A stretch of DNA of 64,000 bases from positions 18,866 to 82,865 of the forward strand of contig VGKP01000002.1 in NCBI GenBank assembly GCA_016866975.1. The letters are read 5' to 3'. The stretch is from Candidatus Pacearchaeota archaeon (GTDB taxonomy: Archaea; Nanobdellota; Nanobdellia; Pacearchaeales; GW2011-AR1). Of this stretch, positions 9,452 through 17,787 are shown piece by piece; within the stretch, counting starts at the first letter, position 1, and every line of letters starts with the position of its first letter. The notes below the pieces were generated by a model. The model did no database searches, was not told where the DNA came from, and saw nothing but the letters and a program-made list of their open reading frames with translations. The translations under genes were made by a program, and so were the position numbers.

Positions 9452-9730
9452 TTATTTACGCAGGGAGAACTTGGTACGCTCAGGTAATTTTGACTGCTGA
9501 TATTCTTCATCTTTTTCAGGAGAGTTTTCTTCTTCATCGATCATGCTCCTCTTCCTGTCCTTATCTATCAAAAGTAATTTTTGTCTTGCCTGTTCAGGAT
9601 TCATCCTGCAGGCATTTAAGACGCTTAGGATTTTCTCCATTATCTCTTCATAACTTTCTCGACGGTAAGAGCGCAAGTTTTCGAGGCGTTCCTTCGTCTT
9701 TTTTGATATTTTTATTGTTGTGACGTCCAT
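9452..9730 (-). CDS. Small ribbon-helix-helix (CopG/antitoxin-like) DNA-binding protein
   Basis: N-terminal TIKISKKTKERLENLR..ESYEEIMEKIL is a typical RHH pattern. Preferred over the overlapping plus-strand ORF 9358-9723 (Leu/Ser/Phe-rich, low complexity). Confidence 0.5.
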   Translation of the reverse strand: MDVTTIKISKKTKERLENLRSYRRESYEEIMEKILSVLNACRMNPEQARQKLLLIDKDRKRSMIDEEENSPEKDEEYQQSKLPERTKFSLRK

Positions 9731-9856
9731 AACTGTTATACCAAGGTATACTATTTAAGCTTTTTCATCACTCTAAAATGGTCTTGATTATGTTGTCACC
9801 ATAAAGTTTATATAGGTAGGCAAAATCTTACTTTTAACTAAATTTATACCTAGACC

Positions 9857-11074
9857 ATGAAGTCCAATAAAATTTTGGTTTCACTTGTCGCAGCATTCAC
9901 ATTGCTTATCGTAATGGCAAGCGGTGTTAATGCTTTCGCGCAAATTTCGAGTATAGAGGTAAACAACGCTGAAGCAGTCGTTTTCGGCCAAATCAACGTT
10001 GCAGCCACTGCTGGCGAGTCATTGCCAGTTCGTGTACTCTTTGTAGCTCGTCAAAATGCGTCAGATGTGCGAATAAAAGCTGAACTCTCTTCTAGGGGTA
10101 AGGATTACTCTACGGAAACTGAGCGATTCGATGTTATTGCTGGTGGAATATATAGCAAGACGTTGAAAGTTCAGATGCCATTGAATCTCAATCCAAGCGA
10201 GAAATTGCATCTCAATGTTGAGATCAAGAACTCTGCATTTGGAACAGCAGATCAGAAGACCATCCCTATCAATGCGCAGCGTGAATCCTATCAATTAGAG
10301 ATTCTCGATGCAGAAATGGACACCAAGGTAAATGCAGGAGCAGTACTTCCTATAACTGTTGTTATTAAGAACAGAGGAAGTCACTTTGCAGAAGACACTT
10401 TTGTCACTGTAAGAATTCCAGCATTGGGCATCCAAGAAAGAGCCTACTTTGGAGATCTATCAGCAAGAGACCAAGCAGAACCAGATAAGGAAGATGCAGT
10501 TGAGCGAATGCTCTCTGTCCGCATCCCTGATAATGCAAAGGCTGGCATCTATGCTGTCGAGATAGAAGCTACAAATGATGATTCAACTGTAGCCCTCAGC
10601 AAGAGAGTCGCCATCAGCGATAACGGTGGAGAAAGCATGGTAGTGACTTCCTCAAATAGCAAGACATTTGCTGTTGGAGAAGAATCTACTTATCGCATGA
10701 CCATCCTAAATTCTGGAAACAAGGCAAGAGTCTACACACTAGCAGTCGAAACACTGAGCGAAAATCTCAATGTAGAATTGGCTGACTCAGTTGTAGTCAT
10801 CCCAGCAGGAAGCAGCAGGGCCCTAGACATTGATGTAACTGCATCAAAGGAAGGAGCTTATGCATTTGCCATATCGGTAATTTCCGATGGGAACCTTGTT
10901 AAGAAAGAGACATTCGCAGCAAAGGTAGAAGGAAAGGAAGCTTTTGAAGGAAATGCCACTGTCGTTTTGACAGTGATCCTTGCAATAGTTTTCATTGTTC
11001 TTCTTATCGTGCTGATAGTGTTGCTGACAAGAAAACCTGAAAAGACCAAAGAATTCGGAGAAAGCTACTACTAA
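9857..11074 (+). CDS. Cell-surface (S-layer-like/CARDB-type) protein with signal peptide and C-terminal TM anchor
   Basis: N-terminal signal (LVSLVAAFTLLIVMASGVNAFA). Repeated Ig-like/CARDB-like segments (LPITVVIKNRGSHFAEDTFVTVRIP). C-terminal hydrophobic anchor plus basic tail. Confidence 0.7.
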   Translation: MKSNKILVSLVAAFTLLIVMASGVNAFAQISSIEVNNAEAVVFGQINVAATAGESLPVRVLFVARQNASDVRIKAELSSRGKDYSTETERFDVIAGGIYSKTLKVQMPLNLNPSEKLHLNVEIKNSAFGTADQKTIPINAQRESYQLEILDAEMDTKVNAGAVLPITVVIKNRGSHFAEDTFVTVRIPALGIQERAYFGDLSARDQAEPDKEDAVERMLSVRIPDNAKAGIYAVEIEATNDDSTVALSKRVAISDNGGESMVVTSSNSKTFAVGEESTYRMTILNSGNKARVYTLAVETLSENLNVELADSVVVIPAGSSRALDIDVTASKEGAYAFAISVISDGNLVKKETFAAKVEGKEAFEGNATVVLTVILAIVFIVLLIVLIVLLTRKPEKTKEFGESYY

Positions 11075-11083
11075 GCTCAAACT

Positions 11084-11100
11084 TTATTTTATTTTTTTCT
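11084..11100 (+). terminator. Oligo-T archaeal terminator candidate
   Basis: TTATTTTATTTTTTT run directly after the 11074 stop. A 7-bp hairpin TAAGGCA/TGCCTTA follows at 11131-11147. Confidence 0.4.
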
Positions 11101-11200
11101 TAACTTAAAGTAGCCCCCGGATATTTTTCGTAAGGCAATTTGCCTTAGAAATTTTTTATTTTTTACTAATAAATAGCTTTATAAAGCCTGATTTTTATGA

Positions 11201-11533
11201 ATGAATCCAATGAGATATAGTATTTTTAAGGCAGGAAGTGAAGAAGATAATGGACTCTCGTTCTTAGCAGAGCTGGCGCAGGAAGCATTACTCTCAACTT
11301 GTCCTGTCCAGATGAATGATGCAATCACGGCCCTTAAAAGGTCTTATCACCCAAATGATGAGGTACAATTATGGACAGTAAGGCATTGCCAAGATGGAGT
11401 CATATCGGCAGATTTTATACACTACGTTAGCCCTGATGAGTGCAAGTCCTATAATGTGCGTCTTGGACAGGTAAGTGATGAATATAGCCATAAGATGGAT
11501 AGGGCGAGAGTCATTCAGGTAGGGACAATCTAA
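11201..11533 (+). CDS. Hypothetical protein (110 aa)
   Basis: Isolated ORF with reasonable composition. No motif recognised. Confidence 0.45.
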   Translation: MNPMRYSIFKAGSEEDNGLSFLAELAQEALLSTCPVQMNDAITALKRSYHPNDEVQLWTVRHCQDGVISADFIHYVSPDECKSYNVRLGQVSDEYSHKMDRARVIQVGTI

Positions 11534-11579
11534 CTAACATTGCAGGAATCCTTAAATAGCTCTTTCTCCACGAAGAAGA

Positions 11580-14573
11580 ATGGTGCATGTCAAGAAGATG
11601 GTGATGACGGGTTTTAAGTCATTTGCTAGAAGGACAGAGATTATATTTGATAAAGGGATAAATGTCATATTAGGTCCAAACGGCTCTGGAAAGTCTAATG
11701 TTGCAGATGCCCTATGTTTTGTCTTAGGCAGGCTATCTATAAAATCAATGAGGGCGGCAAAGGCAAGGAATCTTCTGTTCATGGGATCAAAATACATAAA
11801 GCCTGCAAAAGAAGCCAGTGTGGAGCTGGTATTTGACAATTCTGATAAGGCATTCGCTGTTGCCCAAGAGGAGGTTAATGTCACGAGAGTTGTTCGGCAT
11901 AACGGACAAAGCATTTATAAGATAAATGGAGAAGCCAAGACAAGGGCAGAAGTAATCGAACTTCTGGCCCAGGCAGGCATAGATCCATATGGATTCAACC
12001 TCATACTTCAAGGGCAAATACAATCAATAGTAAGGATGCATGGAGAGGAAAGAAGAAAAATAATAGAAGATGTTGCAGGTATATCTATTTATGAATCTAG
12101 GAAGGAAAAATCTCTCCATGAGTTGGCGAAAACAGAGGAGAAATTAAGGGAAATTTCAACAATCTTAAGAGAGCGCACAGCATATCTCAAGAATCTCGAT
12201 AGGGAAAGGTCGCAGGCACTGCGTTTCAAGGAACTAGAATTATCGGTGAGGAAATGTAAGATTTCTATCCTCAATAGGAAAAGCGAAGATAAGCAGAAAG
12301 AGATAGACTCATTAGATAAGTCTATTCAGGATAAGGGAAATCAAAAAGATAAAGTGAAGGAAAAAGCAAACAAGCTCCAAGGAGAGGTAGTAGCGCTTTC
12401 AGACGAGATACAACGGATTAATAAGAGTATACAACAAGCTACAGGTCTTGAACAAGAGACTCTTCATTCAAATGTAGCAAACTTAAAAGCAGAGCTTGAA
12501 GGACTGAGAGTCAGGAGAGAGAATCATGAACACAGGAAAACCGAGATAGAACGAAGGGTTGAAGAAATAAAGAAGACAATTCCAGACCTTGAAAAGGAGA
12601 TAAGGGATCTTAGACAAGAATCTCCTCTTCTTGCCAAGAAAGCTCTGGAATTGAAGAAGAAAAAAGATGAGTTCGCTAGTCTAGAGGAGGAGAGAAGCAA
12701 ACTTCTGGCCACCAAGACCGAGTTGAATTCGGTCAAAGAGATTCTTAAGGATAAAGAGAGGCAGCTTGCGAGGGTGATTGTTGAATCTGAGGAAGTCCTA
12801 AAGCAACTTGAGATAATTTCTACAAGACTTATTTATTCTAGAGAAGATGAGTGTAATAAGGCCATATCTCTATTCAAGCAGAAGATAAACGAGTATGAAA
12901 AGGAAATGATAAAGATAAGGGAAGAAATGGTCTCACAGGAGAAACTTCTATCCGTTGCAGAGTCAAAAATAGCTCACGCAGAAAGGATAAAACGTCAGGT
13001 GGAGAAGATAGACATATGTCCCCTTTGCCAGAATAAAATAACTGTAAATCATATTGAACACGTTTTCAAAGAATCAGATACCCAGATATCTGAGTCTCAG
13101 GAAATTAGAAGAAATTCTCAAGAATTACTGTCTCAGCTACATTCAAGGATAAAGGAGATCGACCGGGAATTGCGTCAGTCAAAGGATTCTTTACAAAGTG
13201 CAGAATTAGAGTTGGGGCGCCACAGAAATATAAAAGACAAACACGAACAGATTAAGAAAGTTGTTGCTCATGAGAAGTTATTGAAGGAAGAGATTCAGCT
13301 CTTAGAGCAGAGAAGGACTGCCTTGGAGAGCAAGATTTCTAACCTGGCAACAGTACAGGAGAAATATGACTCAAAGATACTTGAGATTGAAGAAATATCT
13401 TCTAGGACAGCAGAAGATGCAGAGACTACTCTACTATACAAAGAAAGGGAACTGGAAGGGACACTAAATATAATAAAAAGGAGTGTCAAGGACCATGAGG
13501 AGATAGATAAAGACCTTAAGGAAATAATAGAAAGAGCGAAAAATAAGTCAAAGCTCCTTCAAGATTTTGAGGAAAAGGAAAGACAGCTAAATGAGAGGTT
13601 TAAGAAGATGTTCGAAGAGAGGGATGACCTTCAGAGAGGGTCTCAGGAAAAAGGGATGACTCTTTCAGAATTGCAATCTGAGATGAGACAGATTGATGAT
13701 CAGATAAACTATTTACGTCTGGGTAAGGCTAGGGCAGATGCAGAGAAAGAAGCTCTTACTATGGAGATGACAGAATTTGTTGGAGTAGAGATAATTTCTG
13801 GAAGCATAGCCTCACTCGAAGAGAGACTGAAGAAATCTCAAGAAGCACTGATGCAGATTGGATCTATAAACATGAGGGCTCTCGAGGTATACGATGATGT
13901 AAAGAAGGAATACGATATAGTATTCGAGAAAGTTACTGTCCTGGAAAAGGAAAAAATTGAGATAATGAAGATTGTAGAGGAAATAGATAGGAAAAAGATA
14001 CGTGCATTCATGAAGACATACAAGGCTATGAACGACTTATTCTCGCAGAACTTCTCCAAGCTATCTTCTAAAGGTGTCGCCTTCCTAGAAATTGAGAATG
14101 CGGAAGACATATTCGCTGGTGGTGTAAATATAGTTGTCAAGCTGGCAAAAGGTAAGTACTTTGATGTAACTTCACTCTCAGGGGGAGAACAGACCCTTGT
14201 GGCTCTTTCTTTGCTTTTCGCAATTCAGGAATACAAGCCATATCACTTCTATATATTTGATGAGATAGATGCAGCATTGGATAAGAGAAATTCTGAGCGT
14301 CTGGCAGCATTGCTACATCAATATATGAAAGCAGGGCAATATATAGTGATCACTCATAACGACTCAATCATTATGAGCTCAAACGTATTATACGGCGTCA
14401 GCATGCACGACGGTGTTTCAAAGGTTCTGAGTCTTAAGATAGATGGTAAAAATTCTCAACAATCTTCTCCTCCTAGTGAAAAAACAGATAGTGAAGAATT
14501 AGAGGAAAGAGCCACAATAGAAATCGAGGCAGAAGCGGCACGAGAACGGGAAGATGATAATATCAAAAGTTAA
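11580..14573 (+). CDS. smc: SMC-type ATPase with hinge replaced by a Rad50-like CxxC zinc hook
   Basis: SMC head motifs FKSF, GPNGSGKSNVADALCFVLG, QGQIQSIV, LSGGEQTLVALSLLFAI, FYIFDEIDAALD. Long heptad-rich arms. Midpoint motif ICPLCQNKITVNHIEHV (13017-13028) instead of a Gly-rich hinge domain. Confidence 0.85.
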   Translation: MVHVKKMVMTGFKSFARRTEIIFDKGINVILGPNGSGKSNVADALCFVLGRLSIKSMRAAKARNLLFMGSKYIKPAKEASVELVFDNSDKAFAVAQEEVNVTRVVRHNGQSIYKINGEAKTRAEVIELLAQAGIDPYGFNLILQGQIQSIVRMHGEERRKIIEDVAGISIYESRKEKSLHELAKTEEKLREISTILRERTAYLKNLDRERSQALRFKELELSVRKCKISILNRKSEDKQKEIDSLDKSIQDKGNQKDKVKEKANKLQGEVVALSDEIQRINKSIQQATGLEQETLHSNVANLKAELEGLRVRRENHEHRKTEIERRVEEIKKTIPDLEKEIRDLRQESPLLAKKALELKKKKDEFASLEEERSKLLATKTELNSVKEILKDKERQLARVIVESEEVLKQLEIISTRLIYSREDECNKAISLFKQKINEYEKEMIKIREEMVSQEKLLSVAESKIAHAERIKRQVEKIDICPLCQNKITVNHIEHVFKESDTQISESQEIRRNSQELLSQLHSRIKEIDRELRQSKDSLQSAELELGRHRNIKDKHEQIKKVVAHEKLLKEEIQLLEQRRTALESKISNLATVQEKYDSKILEIEEISSRTAEDAETTLLYKERELEGTLNIIKRSVKDHEEIDKDLKEIIERAKNKSKLLQDFEEKERQLNERFKKMFEERDDLQRGSQEKGMTLSELQSEMRQIDDQINYLRLGKARADAEKEALTMEMTEFVGVEIISGSIASLEERLKKSQEALMQIGSINMRALEVYDDVKKEYDIVFEKVTVLEKEKIEIMKIVEEIDRKKIRAFMKTYKAMNDLFSQNFSKLSSKGVAFLEIENAEDIFAGGVNIVVKLAKGKYFDVTSLSGGEQTLVALSLLFAIQEYKPYHFYIFDEIDAALDKRNSERLAALLHQYMKAGQYIVITHNDSIIMSSNVLYGVSMHDGVSKVLSLKIDGKNSQQSSPPSEKTDSEELEERATIEIEAEAAREREDDNIKS

Positions 14574-15238
14574 AAGCCTTCCAGAGTCTTTTGTTTGGCA
14601 TCAGGAAAAATCTGCTTCCAAGTTGCCCAAGTAGTCCTAAATATTCCAGTATCTTTAAGTCGCTTCCCATGTTTCTTCAGAAAAGCGATTGTATAAGGAT
14701 CAGATGGATAACCCGAGCCCATATCACCATATTCTTTTTGCAATTTCTCTATAGCTTCTTCTCGTGCAACTTTAGCTAAAATCGAAGCTGCTGAAACCGA
14801 GGGGTAATTTGCATCCGCCTTATGCTCGCAGTATATATCCAAATTTTCAGCTTTGGATATATACCCTATCAATGTCGCTTTCCAGGCTCTTGTGTTAGTG
14901 GATGGACAGTCAACAATTACTTTTATTTTTTCCTTTCCAGAATTCAATTTATTTATTATCTCTGCTGTTTTCATTGCCTCAAGAGTATTCAAATTTATTC
15001 CGTTATTTAGGGCATGGTCAATCTGGTCAGCAGATGTAGAAACAACATGCCATCCTTTGGCAGAATCTTTAATTATATCAGCAAGTTTCATCCTAACCAG
15101 ATGCGTCAACTTCTTCGAATCAGCAACTCCTTCTTCCTTAAGAATTCTCTCATCTCTTTCTTCAATAAGCACTCCTGCAAGCATCATCGGGCCAATTAAA
15201 GGCCCCCTTCCTGCGTCGTCTATTCCAAGTATTAACAT
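14570..15238 (-). CDS. rnhB: Ribonuclease HII
   Basis: MLILGIDDAGRGPLIGPM.. catalytic DxAGRGP motif, internal VDCPSTN and SAASILAKV motifs. Confidence 0.9.
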   Translation of the reverse strand: MLILGIDDAGRGPLIGPMMLAGVLIEERDERILKEEGVADSKKLTHLVRMKLADIIKDSAKGWHVVSTSADQIDHALNNGINLNTLEAMKTAEIINKLNSGKEKIKVIVDCPSTNTRAWKATLIGYISKAENLDIYCEHKADANYPSVSAASILAKVAREEAIEKLQKEYGDMGSGYPSDPYTIAFLKKHGKRLKDTGIFRTTWATWKQIFPDAKQKTLEGF

Positions 15239-15478
15239 TATTTTGACTAGGACAGAGTGTTTAAATTACTTTGTGCTCCAAAAACTTTATATATAATCGA
15301 TTAGAAAAACAAAAATGGCGAATGAAGGAATTGAGAATAAGGTAGGCGGAAATGTCCCAAATTTCGATATACAGGATGAAATAGGCCCTATAGAAATTAG
15401 TCTTAGGTTGAAACGTTTGTATAATCTTAGACCAAAAAAAAGATATTCCACATATTATAAAAAAAGGACATATGGAAA

Positions 15479-16206
15479 TTAAAGCTTCTCAATCGCAGGC
15501 AAAATATCCTCAAATTTTGACAAAATCATTAATGGCTTTCCTTTTTTAAGGCGCCCTTTATCATGAAATCCGAAATCAACAGCAATTGTACGTAAGCCAA
15601 CCTTACTCGCTTCAAAAATATCCCCCAGAGTATCTGTTACAAATATGCATTCATCAATCTTTAAATTGTGCTTTGAAAAAAGTATCCTAAATTTCTCTTC
15701 TTTAGATTTGTGCGTTTCAAATCCTAGAATTTCGCTGAATATGTGATTTATGTCAAGGAACTTGACTAAAACTCCAGCTTTTAAGCTGGAGTTGTTCCTT
15801 GAGCATCCAAAAAACGAGCGCCTGCATCAAACTGCGGCTTTTAAGCCGCAGTGGCGCATCGTTTTTTTGATTTTATTGTTCATAAAATAACTCTTAATTA
15901 TGATTTCTTTATTCGAAGTTATAATATACATTTTATATTTTTTGTTTATTTTAGACAGCTCCTCTTTTATTCTTTCCTCAATTTTCAATACCTTGAACTC
16001 CTCTTCCTGTAACTTAAAGAATTCATCAATTGGGCGTAGTTCCTTTGAAAGTAATAAATTGTCATATTCTTTAAATGCATTTCCGTTGAACATGTCCTTA
16101 TAACTATTTTTAGAAATTGAGGGTTTAATTTTTTATATATGCTGTATGCCAGATTAAAAGTGTCATGTATGACGCCATCAAAATCAAAGATAACCGACTT
16201 GATCAT
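15479..16206 (-). pseudogene. HAD-superfamily phosphatase, disrupted by a 1-nt frameshift and by repeat copy A
   Basis: Motif I MIKSVIFDFDGVIHDT (16206 down). Frame shift near 16120-16124 (CCC run). Motif II YIITSN. The ORF then reads into the repeat (..KKTMRHCGLKAAV stop). The C-terminal part FVTDTLGDIFEASKVGLRTIAVDFG continues in the same phase after the repeat and stops at 15479-15481. Confidence 0.8.
15748..15877 (+). mobile_element. Nested-hairpin repeat, copy A (short form, about 130 nt), inserted in HAD gene
   Basis: TTATGTC-CAAGGAAC-ttgactaaaa-CTCCAGC-ttttaa-GCTGGAG-tt-GTTCCTTG ... GCGCC-tgcatcaaa-CTGCGGC-ttttaa-GCCGCAG-t-GGCGC-atcgTTTTTTTGATTTTATT. Identical to copy B. Confidence 0.8.
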
Positions 16207-16212
16207 ATTAAA

Positions 16213-16288
16213 TAGCGCGGGTGGGATTTGAACCGCACGACCTCGAGGTTATGGGCCTCGCGAGCACTCCAGGCTGCTCTACCGCGCT
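16213..16288 (-). tRNA. tRNA-Met (CAU), initiator-like (A1:U72), with atypical C33 and a bulged T-stem
   Basis: Reverse complement reads AGCGCGG-TA-GAGC-AGCCTGGAGT-GCTC-G-CGAGG-CCCATAA-CCTCG-AGGTC-GTG(C)GG-TTCAAAT-CCCAC-CCGCGCT-A. Confidence 0.7.
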
Positions 16289-16338
16289 GATGATACAGCG
16301 GAGCAAGACCTTTTAAAGGTTGCTACCTTTAAAGTACG

Positions 16339-16920
16339 ATGAAGAAGAGTCAGAAGAGCAAAAGGGAGAACATCTGGAATATTCCTAATACTCTGACCTT
16401 TATCAGGGTAGTAATAACTTTCGCGATTATATACTTGATTTTTGCAAGATTTAGTCTTGTCACCGTGGCAATATTTTTTATAATAGGTATGCTTACTGAT
16501 TTTCTAGATGGCCAGATTGCCAGGCGTACAAAGACAGTGACTGAGTTTGGAAGGCAATTTGACATGATCGCAGACAGATTTTTGATGACCATGACTGCCA
16601 TTGCCTTAATTATCGATTTCAGCATACAGGGAGTATTGACCAGATCTCACATGTTCCAGGTTTTCCTCATCCTTTCAAGGGAAATTGTCAGTTTTCCTTT
16701 CGCCATAGTTGCATTCGTCTGGAGGAAGCCAGTGCCAGATGCAAGATTTATTGGCAAACTGACCACATTCATGCAAGGCGTGACTCTTCCCGCAATACTC
16801 TTGAGTACTAAAAATGAAGTGTTCTCATTTTCATTATATCTAGCAATAGCCACATGCATAATAGGTATATTTTCTGCATTAACTTACGTTAAGGACTTAC
16901 AGAATGAGGGATTATCATAA
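16339..16920 (+). CDS. CDP-alcohol phosphatidyltransferase (archaetidyl-serine/inositol-phosphate synthase type)
   Basis: Motif DFLDGQIARRTKTVTEFGRQFDMIADR = D(x)2DG(x)2AR(x)8G(x)3D(x)3D. Multi-TM. Confidence 0.85.
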   Translation: MKKSQKSKRENIWNIPNTLTFIRVVITFAIIYLIFARFSLVTVAIFFIIGMLTDFLDGQIARRTKTVTEFGRQFDMIADRFLMTMTAIALIIDFSIQGVLTRSHMFQVFLILSREIVSFPFAIVAFVWRKPVPDARFIGKLTTFMQGVTLPAILLSTKNEVFSFSLYLAIATCIIGIFSALTYVKDLQNEGLS

Positions 16921-17216
16921 TGGCAAAAAAGAATCGTTTCAAGACTATCCAAATTATTGAGAAGGAATTACACGATCACGTCATAGAATGGTTGGCCACA
17001 TTATTGACACTCATAGGAGCGATTTTGAATGCAGGATTGATAAAATTAAGTGTGCTCGACGGCTATACACTCTCATTCTATATTTGGTCAATTTCTAATA
17101 TTCTTTGGATAACCTTCGCTCTCAAGCACAAACACTGGAGTGTTTTCATAACATTTGCAGCACTTCTTTTAGTCAACATACTTTCAATTATTACAAACAA
17201 ACTTTGGTTATGGTGA
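16920..17216 (+). CDS. Hypothetical small membrane protein (98 aa)
   Basis: ATG overlaps the upstream stop. Three hydrophobic helices. Confidence 0.5.
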   Translation: MAKKNRFKTIQIIEKELHDHVIEWLATLLTLIGAILNAGLIKLSVLDGYTLSFYIWSISNILWITFALKHKHWSVFITFAALLLVNILSIITNKLWLW

Positions 17217-17233
17217 TGTTCCCTTAGCAAAAA

Positions 17234-17244
17234 CGTTTAAAAGC
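17234..17244 (+). promoter_or_regulatory. BRE/TATA-like box (CGTTTAAAAGC) for tRNA-Ser(GCU)
   Basis: About 30 nt upstream of the tRNA 5' end at 17267. Same motif class as other promoters in the window. Confidence 0.45.
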
Positions 17245-17266
17245 ATTTGATTCTAACCCCAAGTAT

Positions 17267-17415
17267 GCCCGGATGGCCCAGCGGTTACGGCGCGAGATTG
17301 CTACCTAAGGAAACCAATGTTTCCTTGTGGGTCAACCTTCTTTAAGGAAGGAAGACGCAAATGGCAAATATCTCGTTTCCGAAAGGATTCCCAGGTTCAA
17401 ATCCTGGTCCGGGCG
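17267..17415 (+). tRNA. tRNA-Ser (anticodon GCU), class II, with 66-nt intron at canonical 37/38 position (17304-17369)
   Basis: Acceptor GCCCGGA/TCCGGGC. Anticodon stem CGAGA/TCTCG, loop TTGCTA|intron|A. Long variable arm TTTCCGAAAGGATT. T arm CCAGG-TTCAAAT-CCTGG. A relaxed bulge-helix-bulge can be drawn (TGCT/GGCA helix flanked by 3-nt bulges). Confidence 0.85.
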
Positions 17416-17470
17416 TATTACCTTCTTGTGATTTTTGAGAGACTCCGAATCTCTAGAGTTTGCCTATAAT

Positions 17471-17524
17471 TTGTATTACAAAACCCAAACAAGGCTTAAT
17501 TAAAAATAAGCCTCGGTAATACAA
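17471..17524 (+). other. Nested hairpin with the same architecture as the repeat unit, abutting the integrase-fragment ATG
   Basis: Outer stem TTGTATTAC/GTAATACAA (9 bp), 5'-side A-rich bulge aaaacccaaaca, inner stem AGGCTTA/TAAGCCT (7 bp), loop attaaaaa, 2-nt 3' bulge. Confidence 0.4.
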
Positions 17525-17787
17525 TGAAGATAGATCCCTACAAACACAAGGAAAGGTACTTAGCCTGGAAAGAAGAAGCCATGAAAGGCATTTCATGCGT
17601 TTCTAAGGCTAATTTTGAGATAATAATGAGATTCCTTACAGATATGGAAGTAGGAGCAAATATAGCGAAAGGAAGCACAAAGGGGGCGAGAAGCTACATC
17701 CGCCTTAATACGCTCAGAGGAAAGCTTTGCTTCTTTGCTAAGAAATTTAACGGGGGCAAGCATGGATTATTATGTCAAGGAACTTGA
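17524..17787 (+). pseudogene. Tyrosine recombinase/integrase, N-terminal fragment truncated by repeat copy B
   Basis: MKIDPYKHKERYLAWKEE..NFEIIMRFLTDMEVGANIAKGSTKGARSYIRLNTLRGKLCFFAKKF resembles the N-terminal SAM-like domain of archaeal integrases (from memory). No catalytic R..HxxR..Y region. The last 6 codons lie in the repeat. Adjacent to a tRNA. Confidence 0.45.

Noticed and set aside
9358-9723. Plus-strand 121-aa ORF
   Set aside because: It is low-complexity and Leu/Phe/Ser-rich, and fully antisense to the RHH-type ORF 9452-9730, which has a recognisable N-terminal beta-strand/helix motif.
11552-14140. Multiple minus-strand ORFs inside smc (11552-11914, 11787-12023, 12089-12274, 12524-12736, 13295-13489, 13838-14140)
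   Set aside because: They are antisense shadows of a Lys/Glu-rich coiled-coil gene, translating as Ser/Phe/Leu-rich strings. None has motifs or promoter boxes.
15315-15482. 55-aa ORF (MANEGIENKVGG..) between rnhB and the HAD pseudogene
   Set aside because: It is below the track cutoff, has no motif, is basic and low-complexity at the C-terminus, and overlaps the HAD stop. Support is insufficient to call.
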